64,000 nucleotides of DNA from Rhynchobatus australiae (lineage: Eukaryota). The notes beneath the pieces are model-generated. The model was given only the letters and a program-made list of their open reading frames with translations. It did not search any database and was not told the origin of the DNA. Position numbers and translations under genes: made by a program. Below, piece by piece: positions 1-13,639 of the stretch (position 1 is the stretch's first letter; every line of letters starts with the position of its first letter). The stretch lies in NCBI GenBank assembly GCA_034780895.1, contig JAUZTB010000048.1, forward strand, positions 27,114,938 to 27,178,937. Reading direction: 5' to 3'.

Positions 1-2094
1 ATGAAATAATGGTGGCCTTAACCATTTCCAGCTCCATGTCTTCCTTCAACATGCATGTGACCTCTGCTCTTCCAAAGCTGATGCACATTGTATTTCCCAC
101 TTCCTCCTTTTTTACCTTGCATTGTTCCCTTTTCAGCCACAATGTAATCTTGATTTCCCCTCTCAGTATCTCCACCTTAATACTCTTCCCTTTTAAAATC
201 ATGTTTCCTGACCCTCTTTCCTTTCTCCCATTTGTCTGTTTACTGTGTATTGTTGTGTAAAACATGCTGATGTCTATTTGTGCATCATGCAAAATGGCCC
301 AGAATTTGAATTGGACCCTCTGTTGCCCACATTTGCTACTGGCCTCCAAACATTGTTCATACATACCCACTGTGAGCTCCCAGCGGGAACTTGTCAGTGA
401 AGCCAGCCCAGTCCTTATCAGGAAGGCACTTTGTGCAATGTACATCCAGCTCATGAACTGGAGAAAAAAGTCTCTGACAGATGGCCTGGTTTAACCAGAA
501 CTGTCAAATACTTGAAACACTCTGAATGTCTCAGATATTGGAGAACATTTACAAATTACTAAAAATGTTACAAAAATAATTTAAAATTTAACATTTAAAA
601 ACATTCAATCAATTTAAATAATCCTAACAATTAATAACTGCCATAGTCCCTTGGAGCGTTTCCTCTCTTTTGAAATGAATGAAGAAACTGTCCTTCAGAT
701 CCAACCTGCTGCAGGCTGTTCATTCTGATTGCCCACTGTTGGTGGTAGGGAGTAACCAGAACATCATATGCCATTGCTAGAACATGAGGAGCAGTGTCAG
801 AGAGAACTTAGAAGTCACAGTGGAGAGCCACTGCACGTAACTTCAGGAGGCTTGTGTTCACCTACAAACCACAATGTTCCTTGTTTTATATGTCGGCAAA
901 AGCCAACATATCCCTGCAAAATCTTGGCCATTGATATGAAAGATCGGGACTAGTTTACACTTTACTGCATGACTCCATTTTTAATTCTCTAATTACTATT
1001 GTCTCTATTTGACCGTCCAATCAATGGTATTTTCTATGTAATAAACCAGCATATGATTACTTTTAAATGCGATATTTCACACAAGTAAATTATTTTTTAT
1101 CAAGCTTGGAATTTCTATATATCCCAGGATAACTCTGGATGATCTTTTCACAAAATCATTGTAATGAGGATTCTTCTGGATCAAATGTGAGACCCCACCA
1201 TTGGCAATCATACTGTTCTAAGGAGCTCAGATCTACTTGCTGCATTTTTCTGTTTAACTTTTGAGTTCTAGCAAGGTGTGTTTTAGTGCTGCTGCTTCAA
1301 TGATGGATGATTTCTAAAACAAACGCAGATAGTCATCCTCTGTTATGTGTAACATAGTTACATATGAATGTTAAACTCAGTTTCTAATATATATTCAAAG
1401 TCAATTGCATCAAATTGTAGAAGGGGAGTTTGGCACATATGTTACTACCACTTTTGTTTAGCTCCTGGTTAAGAGGACAGATTTCTATCCCAAGCCCTCT
1501 CAATTTCAGCAGTTCAGGATATATGAGGATTATTATTAAGAATATGAATTTAAACTGTACCTGTAGCTTGAAAGGCTCATTAAGACAACCACTTTGGGGT
1601 CTCCAGTACCACATTAGAAACAGCTGTTTAAGACACAAACTATAATAGTGGTTTGTCCTTCAATGCAGCAACTGCATTGTACCCAGAGTTAAAATTCACA
1701 CTGAACACTTAACCAACTGCTTAAAAATAATCTGTAGGTCACACAAGAAACCTCATTAATTTTATTAGTATCTAATCTGTATTAAAGAGCTTTGCAGTCT
1801 GGTTGCCCAATGTCTCTTGCAGAAAGATGGGAGAACTTGTGCAGTATGAGGGACAGAATTAAAGAAGTGCTTNNNNNNNNNNNNNNNNNNNNNNNNNNNN
1901 NNNNNNNNNNNNNNNNNNNNNNNNNNNNNNNNNNNNNNNNNNNNNNNNNNNNNNNNNNNNNNNNNNNNNGAGCTGAGGAGTACTTGGGTTATTGAACTTG
2001 CGGCAAACACCTTCATAATCTTAAAGGCCACTTTTGAATTATCAGTATTTGAACCATATTTAGTTGGCTCCAATCTGGTTACTGAACTATTCTA

Positions 2095-2392
2095 AGTGTA
2101 GCAGTTAGCATAACACTATAACAGCGCCAGCGACCCAGGTTCAATTCCGGTCGCTCTCAGTAAGGAGTTTATACTTTCTCCCCGTCTCTACATGGGTTTC
2201 CTCTGGGTGGTCTGGTTTCCTCCCACATTCTGAAGATGTACGGGTTAGGAAGTTGTGGGCATGCTACGTTGGCACCAGAAGCGTGGCAACACTTCTGGGC
2301 TGCCCCCAGCATATTCTACGCAAAAGATGCACTTCACTGTGTGTTTCGACGTACATGTCATTAATAAAGATATCTTATCTTATCTTATCTTA
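2095..2392 (+). mobile_element. tRNA-derived V-SINE (HE1-like)
   Basis: B-box-like ggttcaattcc, V-domain gggtttcctctgggtggtctggtttcctcccacatt, aataaa and an (ATCTT)n tail. A close reverse-complement copy lies at 59300-59580. Confidence 0.8.
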
Positions 2393-3654
2393 TTCTGTGC
2401 ATTTGTAGAAAATGTGCATAGTTAAATAATTAATAGTTAGCTTAAAAATTTATGTTACTAAACTCTCTATTTTCTTTAGCATATCATTCGAAGTTGCAGA
2501 ATTAGATCAATTATACCCCATTTCAAACTGTGCTACTACAGATTTCATTTTGCATTATCATATGCAATTTTCAAATAGTATTTAAAATATATGTGGCTGT
2601 GTCTTGAGGACACTTGCAATNNNNNNNNNNNNNNNNNNNNNNNNNNNNNNNNNNNNNNNNNNNNNNNNNNNNNNNNNNNNNNNNNNNNNNNNNNNNNAAA
2701 GTTTAATTATAAGCTGCCATAGGATGGTTGACCAGCACAAGATACGCTTCAAGGTTCATATCATATTGTGTGAAAGACATGGATAAATCCGAAAATCATC
2801 AAATAGTGTAAATACCTTGAGTAGAGATGGCTCTCAAAATAAAAGGAAATCATGCAATCCTTTTTGCAGTTAAAAGAAGTATAACCAAACAGTCCTAAAG
2901 GTGCAAAGAGTAGTATCTTTTTGTAGTGACATAGGATCAGTACAGGGACTTTGCAGTCTGATCCTGTATTAAGCTTTTGTTGTTCACTGGCCAAAACAGG
3001 AGCAGCTGGCTTGAGTACCATGTTGTTGCTTGATCTGGATTACCACACAATGAGTTGTTCCACACTGGATTTCATTTGACCTTTGAGCAATGAAAAGGAG
3101 ATTGATAACAGCATGGTACATATACGTTATTACTCTGCTAAGGCAAAAAAATCTTTTATTTTAACTGTAAATTCTACTATGTCATAGCAGCAGTTAAACT
3201 TGGTTCATGATTCAGATGGATTTAAAAATGTTAATAGTGCTATTTAGGAAGGTTTGGGGAGATTTCTGGTGCACTGGACAAAACTGTAGCCACTAAAAAT
3301 GTTAAGTTTGTTTCCTCTATTTCAGTGGACGACAGAATATTCCTACTGCAGAATGTCTGCCACTTTTACTAATGCGATAACAGTTGCTGCATTTAGAGTG
3401 AATTAATTTGGCGAGGCATTGAGATAGTTTTATCAGAAAAGGTGGTATTTTCAGAATAAAGAATAGGATGAAGGAATTTTGCTTTATTTTGCATTATTAG
3501 CTATATTAATTTTTGACTGGAATCAAAAGCACTACAGCTGGAGAATCAGTGATTCAGAATGACTCATGCTCAGAAAAATATGTTTCTGTAAGGTAACTTA
3601 ATGTCAGGATTATCTCAAATTTAGAATATTTGGATTGAATTAGACTGGAAATGT

Positions 3655-4870
3655 AAGTCATACATCATAACAGCATAGAAAGAGGCCACTTGGCCCAACT
3701 AGTCCAGGTCTGGCTCTCTGTAGACCAATCCAGTCCATCTCATTTGTCAGCTCTATATCTGCTTATTTCCTTTTGAAAACCTTGATCATATTTGCCTCTG
3801 CCATCCTCATTGGCACTGAGTTCAAGCCACATGTTGTGTTTAACTGTTCTTTCTTATATTCCCCTGTATTTTTCCCCAAATCTTTGTACTGTCAGCTAAT
3901 GATTACAGTTTTCTCTGTCTACTTTATAGAAACATGCCATGATCTTGTACACCCCTATCAAATCTCCCCTCAGCTTTCATTTTAAAGAAANNNNNNNNNN
4001 NNNNNNNNNNNNNNNNNNNNNNNNNNNNNNNNNNNNNNNNNNNNNNNNNNNNNNNNNNNNNNNNNNNNNNNNNNNNNNNNNNNNNNNNNNTCTCCCCTCA
4101 GCCTCCTTTGGTCCAACTTCTCCAACCTACTTGTAGCTAAAATCCCTCATTTCTGGAATAATTCTGGTAAAACTCCTCTGCGGCCTTTTTCAGATCTTTG
4201 TATCCTTCCTAAAGCACGGTGACAAGAACTGGATATAGTGCTTAGGTTGTACCAGAACCAGATCTTTATAAAGGATCATCATAAATTCCCTACTTTTGTA
4301 CTTAGTACCTCTACTCAGGAAGCTCAAGATCCCATATGCTTTGCCAACTACTCTCTCAATATGTCCTGGCAGCTTTAAAGATCTATGCACATGAAACCCC
4401 AGGCCCATCTGTTCTTGCACACTCTGTACAATAGCATCATTAAGTCCATATTTCCTCTCCCCATACCTTCACAACTCTCTGCATTAATTGCATCTGCCAC
4501 TAGTCTGCCCATTCTGCAGGCCCATCCTATTGCAGTTGTTTGACACACTCATAGTTAAACAAGTTTGGTGTCATCAGCAAATTGTGAATTTTTTATTTTG
4601 CATTATTAGCTATATTAATTACATATTAAGCATATTAATTACATATTAAGCATATCATAGGTATATTAATAAAAAGCTGTCCAGGNNNNNNNNNNNNNNN
4701 NNNNNNNNNNNNNNNNNNNNNNNNNNNNNNNNNNNNNNNNNNNNNNNNNNNNNNNNNNNNNNNNNNNNNNNNNNNNNNNNNNNNNATTACATATTAAGCA
4801 TATCATATGTATATTAATAAAAAGCTGTCCAGGCACTGATTTCAGGAGAGAACCAATGACTACCATTATC
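3655..4870 (-). mobile_element. Degenerate CR1 LINE, 3' fragment
   Basis: Minus strand encodes FADDTK (~4560-4580) and VHRSLK..HIERVVGKAYGILSFLSRG..YKSRE; CR1-type tail at ~3655-3720. Confidence 0.8.
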
Positions 4871-4899
4871 TAGTCTGTAAAGCAACTATTTATCATGGT

Positions 4900-5200
4900 A
4901 TCATCACTAAGATCAGCATTTATTGTCCTCTTCTAATCACCCTTGAACTGTGCAGCAAGGCCATTGCAGAGGACAGCCAAGAATCAACCACAATGCTGTG
5001 GGTCTGGAATTTCGTTAGTGCTAATCTGGGCAGGGATGGCAGATTTTCTGCCTTAAACCAGCCGAGTTTTTACAACAATCTGGTCATTATTACTGTTACT
5101 GGTTTTCTTAATTCTAGATAATTAACTAATTTAATTTAAATTCCCCAGCTGCTGTGGTGGGATTTGAACTCGTATCTCTGGATCCTTGAACCAGGCATTG
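4900..5200 (-). mobile_element. tRNA-derived SINE with LINE-like tail
   Basis: ggtgggatttgaac B-box complement at the right end. Related copy at 46455-46760 (shared ggccattg..cagagga.ag...gagtcaaccaca..gctg segment). Confidence 0.6.
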
Positions 5201-5449
5201 CTAGTCTTTATTCTGTCTTACCTCACAGCACATACTGGTTTTAGTCATTAAGAATAGGAAATTAGAAAAGTAGGCTTGATTTTAATGAGGGTGGTAGAAG
5301 CAAAGTATTAATTACATTCTTCACCACCTCAGGAATTAAAATGTATGTGTTTTAGAACTGTTTGCACTCTGCAGTTAGTAGGTAGGATACTAATGCTGCT
5401 ACCAACAGGTTATAAATGCCAGTGGGGGAAACTGGGGTTTAAGTAGCGT

Positions 5450-5590
5450 CATAGAGTCATAAAGCACAGATACAGGCCCTTTAGCTCACCACATCCACAC
5501 CAACTATAGAACACATCTGTACCAATCCCACTTACCTGCATTAGGTCCAGAGCCTTCTATGCCCCAACAGTTCAAATGCTCGTCCAGGTG
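5450..5590 (-). mobile_element. Short CR1 3' tail fragment
   Basis: catagagtcataaagcacagatacaggccctt is the same tail family as 8985 and 37860. Confidence 0.55.
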
Positions 5591-5959
5591 TTTGCCGATA
5601 TACATATAAAAAAAATTTCCACTTTAGAACTGGAAAGATAACATGGAAATGATTGCCAGTCGAATCACTTTTCAAACAATCCTCTTTATTCTTGTGCTCT
5701 TAACTCATCTACCTTAAACAGTTTAATTTCTCCATTGGACTAATTGAAACAAACCTGTTAACTGGTAATCTTTATTATTACTGCTATTCAAGGATATGTT
5801 TAAAGCCTCCTTGAACAATGCAATGTCCGCGCTCACTTTCGGGTGCCCCTGCTCTGTGACTGGGCGAAGTGGAGCAGTAGCATTTGGGATGGGATGGTGA
5901 ACCTTGGCTGTATGCAGTAGCCCAGTTTAAATAGATGGAAAGTCACACCATCTCACAAA

Positions 5960-6110
5960 TTAGCCAGCCACCTGCCCTGTGAGGCATCTCTTGCCTGATG
6001 GGGAACAATCCACAATGCCCACATTGTCCTCATCAGTCACCTCGGACACCATAAAACTGGAATGGAAGCCAGTTATCCTCGATCCTGAGGGACTGCTGAA
6101 GAAGATAATT
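5960..6110 (+). mobile_element. RTE-like LINE 3' end
   Basis: tcctcgatcctgagggactgctgaagaagat; reverse-complement copies at ~31615-31655 and ~36040-36090. Clade assignment is from recall. Confidence 0.5.
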
Positions 6111-6629
6111 ATCATTAAGGGTAATTTCCAGCCCATTTGTGAAGATGATTTCTCAGCTTGTTTTTGGTCATACTCTTCTATTGACAGATGCTCCTCAGTT
6201 TTTAAAACAGAAGTGATCAGTTAAAATTTTAAAAGCCATTAATCACACTTGACAACTCAGTACAACTGACTACTGCAGCCTCTGGCCCACAGGGATTGAA
6301 AAGGTGTTGCTTTATAAAGAATAAACCATTTNNNNNNNNNNNNNNNNNNNNNNNNNNNNNNNNNNNNNNNNNNNNNNNNNNNNNNNNNNNNNNNNNNNNN
6401 NNNNNNNNNNNNNNNNNNNNNNNNNNNNNNNTTGTTGTGCTGCTGTAGAAACCAGTTCGTTACACTGGTTGTATCACAAATTAGATTCTTACTCATCTGC
6501 TGCTTTTATTCACATATTCTTATCTTCGCTTTGAATAATAGATTTACTAATACAATTCTGTGTTTCAATTTTTTAAAGCCTAATGTTTTCATTTGGCAAT
6601 ATTAACAGATGAACTCTTAGCAAAAAAAA

Positions 6630-6765
6630 TCAAAAAAAAGCTACAGATGCTAGAAATCAGAAATAAAACATCAAATGCCCGAAACACTCAGCAGGTTGGG
6701 CAGCATCTGTGGAAAGAGAAACAATTAACATTTCAGGTCCGGGTCCCCTTGTCAGAATTCCTGAT
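6630..6765 (-). mobile_element. Penelope-like terminal repeat fragment
   Basis: cagatgctagaaat...ctcagcaggttgggcagcatctgtgg, shared with the copies at 14.0, 20.4, 23.5 and 40.6 kb. Confidence 0.6.
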
Positions 6766-7417
6766 GCACTGATAAGGAGTAGTAATTAATGTGTTAATTT
6801 GGTAGTAATGTGGCGACTTTGAGGGTTATTCTTGTCAAAGTGACCACTAGTTAAAAGGTAGTGAACATTACTCTACTGGTTCATCTAGCTGGTCTCACAG
6901 AGTAATATCCTCAATGATTCCCCTTCTCAAATATCCATCCAATTTTCCCAGAACTTTTCCACCTTGTAGGTCTCCTCTGCCTCTTGAGTAACCTGTCCTG
7001 TTGATTCATCATCTCCTGCAAAGTCATGAAACTAATACGGGTGCTCCCCAGATTGCTACAGGGTTCTGTTCCTGAGAACTGTTCATAACTCATGTTGGAA
7101 ATGCAGTGGCCTGGCAATTTATTTAAATAAAAACAAAGAACAACCAAGGGTAGTTAAAGCAGGGCATTCAACTCAACCATTCAGATTTCTCTGGAAGATG
7201 CAATGATATTGCTGCTGAGTTCCCACATAGCAGAAGATGCCTGCAGCTCTGCAGCAGACAATAAATCCATTCCACCAGTCTCCCGAATGCTTGTTCGTAT
7301 GTACGGACTGTCCATAAGTTGGGCGTGCTTAACCTGGCGAAGACCTATACTGCTAAGACACCTGCCTCCTTATAGACTCCTGGACCTCCGAGTCCAACAC
7401 TTTCAGGAATCTCCCAC

Positions 7418-7623
7418 GCTGGCAGCACAATGTTGCAGTGAGTAGAGTTGCTGTTCACCGCTCCCGCCACCCAAGGGGAATTGTGACCCCCAGTATTTTA
7501 CATGTGGTATTTGTACCTTCTCCCTGCGACCTCCAGCTTTCCCACATTCCAAAGAAGTGTGGGTTGGTAGATTAAATCACCATTGTAAAATGCTCTGAGT
7601 GTGTGGGTCAGTGGTAGAGTTGG
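7418..7623 (+). mobile_element. Degenerate V-SINE
   Basis: ttcccacattccaaagaagtgtgggttggtagattaa V-domain remnant; runs into a gap. Confidence 0.55.
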
Positions 7624-8979
7624 NNNNNNNNNNNNNNNNNNNNNNNNNNNNNNNNNNNNNNNNNNNNNNNNNNNNNNNNNNNNNNNNNNNNNNNNNNNNN
7701 NNNNNNNNNNNNNNNNNNNNNNNNNNNNNNNNNNNNNNNNNNNNNNNNNNNNNNNNNNNNNNNNNNNNNNNNNNNNNNNNNNNNNNNNNNNNNNNNNNNN
7801 NNNNNNNNNNNNNNNNNNNNNNNNNNNNNNNNNNNNNNNNNNNNNNNNNNNNNNNNNNNNNNNNNNNNNNNNNNNNNNNNNNNNNNNNNNNNNNNNNNNN
7901 NNNNNNNNNNNNNNNNNNNNNNNNNNNNNNNNNNNNNNNNNNNNNNNNNNNNNNNNNNNNNNNNNNNNNNNNNNNNNNNNNNNNNNNNNNNNNNNNNNNN
8001 NNNNNNNNNNNNNNNNNNNNNNNNNNNNNNNNNNNNNNNNNNNNNNNNNNNNNNNNNNNNNNNNNNNNNNNNNNNNNNNNNNNNNNNNNNNNNNNNNNNN
8101 NNACAGATAACAGAATTCTAATTCATAAAACCAGATTTTTTATAAAGATAGGCATAAGACCGTAGATAACCAACAGTAATTCACGGTCACAGGATTGAAG
8201 ACGTTTTCTACATCTGTGCACTTTGCATGTATCGCATGCTGAATCTTTTATTCCCTTGGTCACCAATAACCTTCTATCGCTGTTGCACCAGAGCGCTGAG
8301 GCTCATTAATGGGAGCCAATGACATGGAGATGGAAGCCTCTCCGGGGAAGTCGTGCGTGACCAGGAGATAAGTAAGCTTTGCTGGTTCCTTTCGCAGTTT
8401 GCTGAATGTTGTGAATTTAATTTTGTCCAAAAGAAAAGCAAATGAATTCTGTTCTCGTTTTCCTTTTGCCTGAAGCAGTTTTCTTGCCGGTGGAGAAATT
8501 TGCATCAGCAAAATTTCGATATGGAACTTTCAATGTCCCAGTACTATGTTTCTGAGTGTGCTGTTTTCGTTAAGTTATTCACAGGGATGATGGACGAGCA
8601 CATTGGTCGCAAACAACGGCTGCATTGTAACCAATATAGGTTGTTTCAGATGTAGATTTGCATCCAGTTTAGTGACTGAAGGACTCGAGGTCTATATGTT
8701 TGAAGCATTGGCTGGAGTCAGCCACCATATTGGGAAGGGCACTGGTGCACGTGACCCTAACCCCCAACCAACATATGCAGGATAAACATTATGACATGCA
8801 ATGTTGCGTTTATAACAGCAGATTTAGAATGGAGCTGGTAACAGTTGAGGATTCGTGTATTGTGCGCGGGGAATCAAGTGTTCATCAGAAGTCACCCATG
8901 TGTTTTTTTCAGGAGCTCATCGTGGTGTACTTGCTGGTTGGTTGGTAGTGGATTTTGTGCTGAGTGTTGTTTTGGGTCA

Positions 8980-9415
8980 ACATAGAACATAGAGCACTAC
9001 AGCGCACAGTACAGGCCCTTCGGCCCACAATGTTGTGCTGACATTTTATCCTGCTCTAAGATCTATCTAACCCTTCCCTCNNNNNNNNNNNNNNNNNNNN
9101 NNNNNNNNNNNNNNNNNNNNNNNNNNNNNNNNNNNNNNNNNNNNNNNNNNNNNNNNNNNNNNNNNNNNNNNNNNNNNNNNATTTTATCCTGCTCTAAGAT
9201 CTATCTAACCCTTCCCTCCCACATAGCCCCCTATTTTTCTATCATTCATGTGTCTATTTAAGAGTCTCTTAAACATCCCTAATGTATCTGCCCCCACAAC
9301 CTCTGCCGACAGTGCATTCCACACACCCACCATTCTCTGTGTAAAAAAAACTGACCCCTGACATCCCCCTTATACCTTCCTCCAATCACCTTAAAATTAT
9401 GTCCCCTTGTGTTTG
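8980..9415 (-). mobile_element. CR1 LINE 3' end
   Basis: catagaacatagagcactacagc..caggcccttcggcccac tail followed by CR1 3' sequence. Confidence 0.7.
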
Positions 9416-9611
9416 CCATATATGTTCAAGGAGTGAAGCGTTCTAGATTTTAGAATTGTTGGAATCATTAGGGAATGGTGTGTCTGGAGCTGACAGCTTG
9501 TCTTGGCTTCAAAGCATTTGTAATAACCATTGCTTCCAGACTTAGGTGGAAGGATAGTCATTCCGCAAAGTGAGCAGGGGGAGCACATAGCATGATAGCC
9601 TGCTAGAGAAG

Positions 9612-9765
9612 GAACAAGGAGGGCGAGCAGGATGCCATCTCCACTAAGGGTCTTCAGGAACAATTCTTCAATTTGACAGTGAGGATAGTATGTGGAGAGC
9701 CTGTAATTCTGTAAGGTCAGTTTTACGGAGAGACACCACATGCTTGAGCCACAACTCCAGCTGGA
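9612..9765 (+). mobile_element. Decayed PIF/Harbinger transposase remnant
   Basis: Reads RRASRMPSPLRVFR...(stops/frameshift)...V.SL*FCKVSFTERHHMLEPQLQ, resembling the recalled HARBI1-like N-terminus RRPYPPRVFR...CVRRLRFTKEVVTEICHLLQPQLQ. Confidence 0.45.
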
Positions 9766-11721
9766 GTACCACAATGCCAATCAAATGCATTGATCTTGTT
9801 CTAGACTGGAAATGGACATGCTTTCAAATTGTTACTGCAACAGATAGAAAAGGAAACTTTGAATCTTGCGGACTTTGAGTGATTCAGACACTGTTGATTA
9901 TATGTGCTGTAATTCAGGTATAACGTGAATTTGTAGATGTGCAGCTAGTGTATGCAGTGTGTCATGCAGTTCATTGTTACGATGTCTCCATTATTACTAT
10001 GGTTTGTTCTTCTATCTATATTTGATCCTTCACAGAAGTGTGGCTGCTGGGTGACAATGAGTATCTGTTGACAACGTGGTTCTTGACTCCAGTCTGTAAC
10101 CCATGCACACAGAGGTAATGGGTATACATGCCATGAAGTCTGATAGAACAGTCCTTTAGCATACAGAAACAATGATTCCACTGCCAGGATTATTCTGGGG
10201 TAACCCTCCAGTGCTCAGCAGAGATGAGGCTTAAGGCTGATGTTCTGCTTAATGTTCTGCCCAGTCTGATTCAGCTGTGAAGTAGTGGAGGAAGGTATAC
10301 AATACTCAGAGCCCCTTTCTGGTTAGGCTGTCCACTGATTACTCATCAGTTTTACTATTAATAAATAATTCCAATTCCTAATTCATTAACTCTTCTATTG
10401 TGTGTGCTGTCTACTGCTAACCTCACAGTGACTGCTTCCCTACAACCTCAAAAGAAATGCCAATAGGTGAAAATTTCAGATCAAGTCTGTACATTGTACC
10501 ATGCTAAATATTATAATTGTGTTAGTGACTCTCATGCAGTGCTTTTTGCGGTTTGGCTTTCATATCAAATTCCTGGAAGTGTGAGAAGAGGATGTGAGGT
10601 CTGGAATGTTGGGTACTGTGGAGCATGAATTGGATCTGAGTCTCCCTTGACGAGAGTTGTTGGCATGTTAGTGATAAGGATTTGGCGCATTGAGTGGGGT
10701 CTATAGTAAGTTGGATGCATTTACTGATCTTGAGCACTTCTGTGAGGTCATTGAACTTGCAGTACTGCAGCCAAGTTCTCGAGACTTGAACCAAACTCCT
10801 CAGCTTCTCTTCCTCCTGCGTATTCAGCCTGTTTCAGAAGGGCCTCCTGGCCCTCATCCTTTCCACATGCCCACTGTGCCTCTGGCGCAGTGGACAACAA
10901 CGGCAGCACTTGCTCTCACCTACGTTCTGCCACATCTTCTACCCAATTGCCATCACATTCACACACTTTTATGAGCTGTTGCAGTCAATGCAACTTTTAG
11001 AAGTCCAGAGTAGCTTTAAACTGTGTAAGCTAATATGCACAGGTCACTTGCTAAGTTTGGGTTCCTTGTTAAGTGGTGAGGCAAATAACATTACAATTAA
11101 TAGTAGATAGATGCTGAAATCATCATGATTGATGGGATGAATTTGCATTGCATGCAAGTGGATGGGGGTTAATCATGCATAGCAATCCCTTAGTCCATTT
11201 ACTGGCACAACCCAGATTTAACCCAATAAACGGTCATGCATAAAATTTGTCAATTGTAATTTCTACTTGTATATCAATAATGATGCATCAACATAATCTA
11301 TAGTTAAATTGAATTGCAGTATGTTGAATAATAATAGTTATAGTAAAATGTAAAACATATTTTGCTTTTAAGTGGAAGCATACGTAAGTAATGGAATTTG
11401 CACTTGTAGAGCTTGGCAACTGGGAACTTGTCTGCATCACAGGTATTATCTATTAGTTTTAACTGATGGGAGATGAAGTGTGTTCACTCTTTCATGGAAG
11501 AGGGGTTGCAGATATGTCATCCGAGCATTACAGTGCTGAAACACCTGCCTGGATTTTATGATAAAGTTTCTGCAATGGGACCTAGAGCTGAACACATTAG
11601 AAAATAATATTGTAATAAATTTTAATTGCCAGTTCACCGTAATTTACTTTCATCCTTTTATCATCATAAAAGCTATTTTGGACATGTAAAGCTTGGTGAG
11701 ATTGGTGACGATGAGCTATTA

Positions 11722-12660
11722 TTCTGCTCTAACTTCATCTACAAGTCTGCAGATGATACCACCGTAGTGGGCCGTATCTTAAATAACGATGAGTTGGAGT
11801 ACAGGAAGGAGGTAGAGAGCCTAGTGACACGGTGTCATGACAACAACCTTTCCATCAATGTCAGCAAAACAAAAAAGCTGGTCATTGACTTCAGGAAGGG
11901 GAGCAGTGCACATGCTCCTGATTACATGAACGGTGGTGAGGTCAAGAAGGTTGAGAGCTTCAAGTTCCTGGAGCATCACCAATATCCTGTCTTGGTCTAT
12001 CCACATGCATGCCATGGCCAAGAAAGCTCACAAGTGCCTCTACTTCCTCAGAAGGCTAAAGAAACTTGGCATGTCTCCTTTGACCCTCACCAATTTTTAT
12101 CGATGCACCATAGAAAGCATCCCATCCGGATGCATCACAGTTTGGTATCGCAACTGCTCTGACCATGACTGCAAGAAAATGTAAAGTTGTGAACACGGCT
12201 CAGGACATCACGGAAATTAGCTTCNNNNNNNNNNNNNTTAGCTTCCCCTCCATGGACTCTGTCGACACTTATCACTGCCTCGGTCAAGCAGCCAACATAA
12301 CCTAAGGCCCCACCCACCCTGGACATTCTCTCTTCTTCCCCCCTCCCATCAGGCAGAAGATATAAAATCCTGAAAGCAGGTACCACCAGGCTCAAGGACA
12401 GCTTCTATCCCGCTATTATAAAACTATCGAATGGTTCCCTAGTATGATAAGATGGACTCTTGACCTCACAATCTATCTCATTATGACCTTGCACCTTTGT
12501 CTACCTGCACTGCACCTTCTCTGTAACATTTTATTCTGCGTTCCATTTTTGTTTTACCTTGTGCTACCTCAATGCACTGTGGTAATGATCTGTATAGACA
12601 GAATGCAAGACGAGTTTTTCACTGTACTTCGGAACGTGTGACAGTAATAAACAATTTACC
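11722..12660 (+). mobile_element. Rex1/Babar-clade LINE, 5'-truncated, frameshifted
   Basis: YKSADDTTVVGRILNNDELEYRKEV...NNLSINVSKTKKLVIDFRK, then KKAHKCLYFLRRLKK...LTNFYRCTIESI..GCITVWY; 3'UTR with aataaa at ~12646. Confidence 0.85.
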
Positions 12661-13639
12661 AATTTGCAGCAGAAACCTGATCCAGTTCTCACTCTGCATC
12701 CCCGGAGCTTTTCAAGTTGTCAGGAACAGGAAGTGCTGCGTCCATTTTCCCTTCTGAAGACTAGGGTCACTAAGCCCAATTTTACATTCCCCAGATTATG
12801 TTCAGCATCTCAAAAGACAACAAAGACCATCCACTGAATTTAGCTGAATTGATTAACTTTCAAATTTTATCAGTATTTCTGTGGCATGTCCAATTATTGT
12901 ATTCTAACTGATAAAGTTTTGTGAGAAGTTGATCCCACAGATTGGGAGGTACAGTTAGCTAACACTTAGGGTTTTCATTTTTGGGACCAATTTGGATCAG
13001 CCCAGATTGAGTTGACGGGAGTTATTTTGGCTTGAATTAAATGACTAGCATGCCCAATTATAATGTCTCAAAGAACCTACAGGGATGTCTGGTAAACAGG
13101 GACCACTTTAAATCTCAGAGATGGCTTCAATTAAAACATATTGGAGTAAATTATAGAACTTTATTTCCCATTCAACCTCTATGTGTGATTCTGACATGAG
13201 TTCCTTCAAGTGGTGATTGGGGGTGGTGGCATTCCATTAACCAATTGTGGAGTTTTACATAAAATTGATGGAGAGCACATTCTCTTCCTGAAATGGGTGC
13301 TGAGCCTGTAGTTTTCACTGCGTAGACTAGAAACTTAGTACCTCCTGAGGCTCTCTTTTCAAATAATACTCTGAGAAATGCAGCCCAGCGAGTCCAAGCA
13401 ACATCCTCTTTCATCCTCTCCAATTTCACATTTAGAACCATTCACCACAGCTCCCAGCTCAAACCCTTGAAAGCCACTCACTCCAACTCATGATCCCCAA
13501 TGGTCCTTGGAATTGTGATCCCATTACTTCAAGGCTACTGTGGAAAGCATCATCCCCTCCTTTTGCACCCTTCCATCATGCACTCCACCAGCTCCCTTTA
13601 TGGTGTAGTCCAAGCCCCAGAAGCTGAGGGTCTGCAGCT

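Noticed and set aside
2095-2160. tRNA gene suggested by a B-box
   Set aside because: It is the tRNA-derived head of a SINE; no cloverleaf.
3483-4620. 29-bp identical repeat tttattttgcattattagctatattaatt at ~3483 and ~4592, considered as a TSD
   Set aside because: It does not bracket the CR1 ends and the second copy sits beside a gap with local stutter; probably an assembly artefact.
6962-7110. Possible minus-strand exon (ttgcag|GAGATGATG...AAG|gtggaa)
   Set aside because: Weak donor, unrecognised peptide and no partner exons.
7599-8165. Long ORFs made mostly of X (also 41779-42306 and 52847-53380)
   Set aside because: Artefacts of N runs.
9041-9219. Direct repeats flanking 100-N gaps (also 3963/4091, 4638/4786, 31928/32059, 35051/35167)
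   Set aside because: The same sequence on both sides of a fixed-size gap is typical of unmerged contig overlaps, not biological duplication.
10522-10800. Faint Gypsy gag-like peptide (QYCKFNDLTEVLK)
   Set aside because: Match too short to support without a search.
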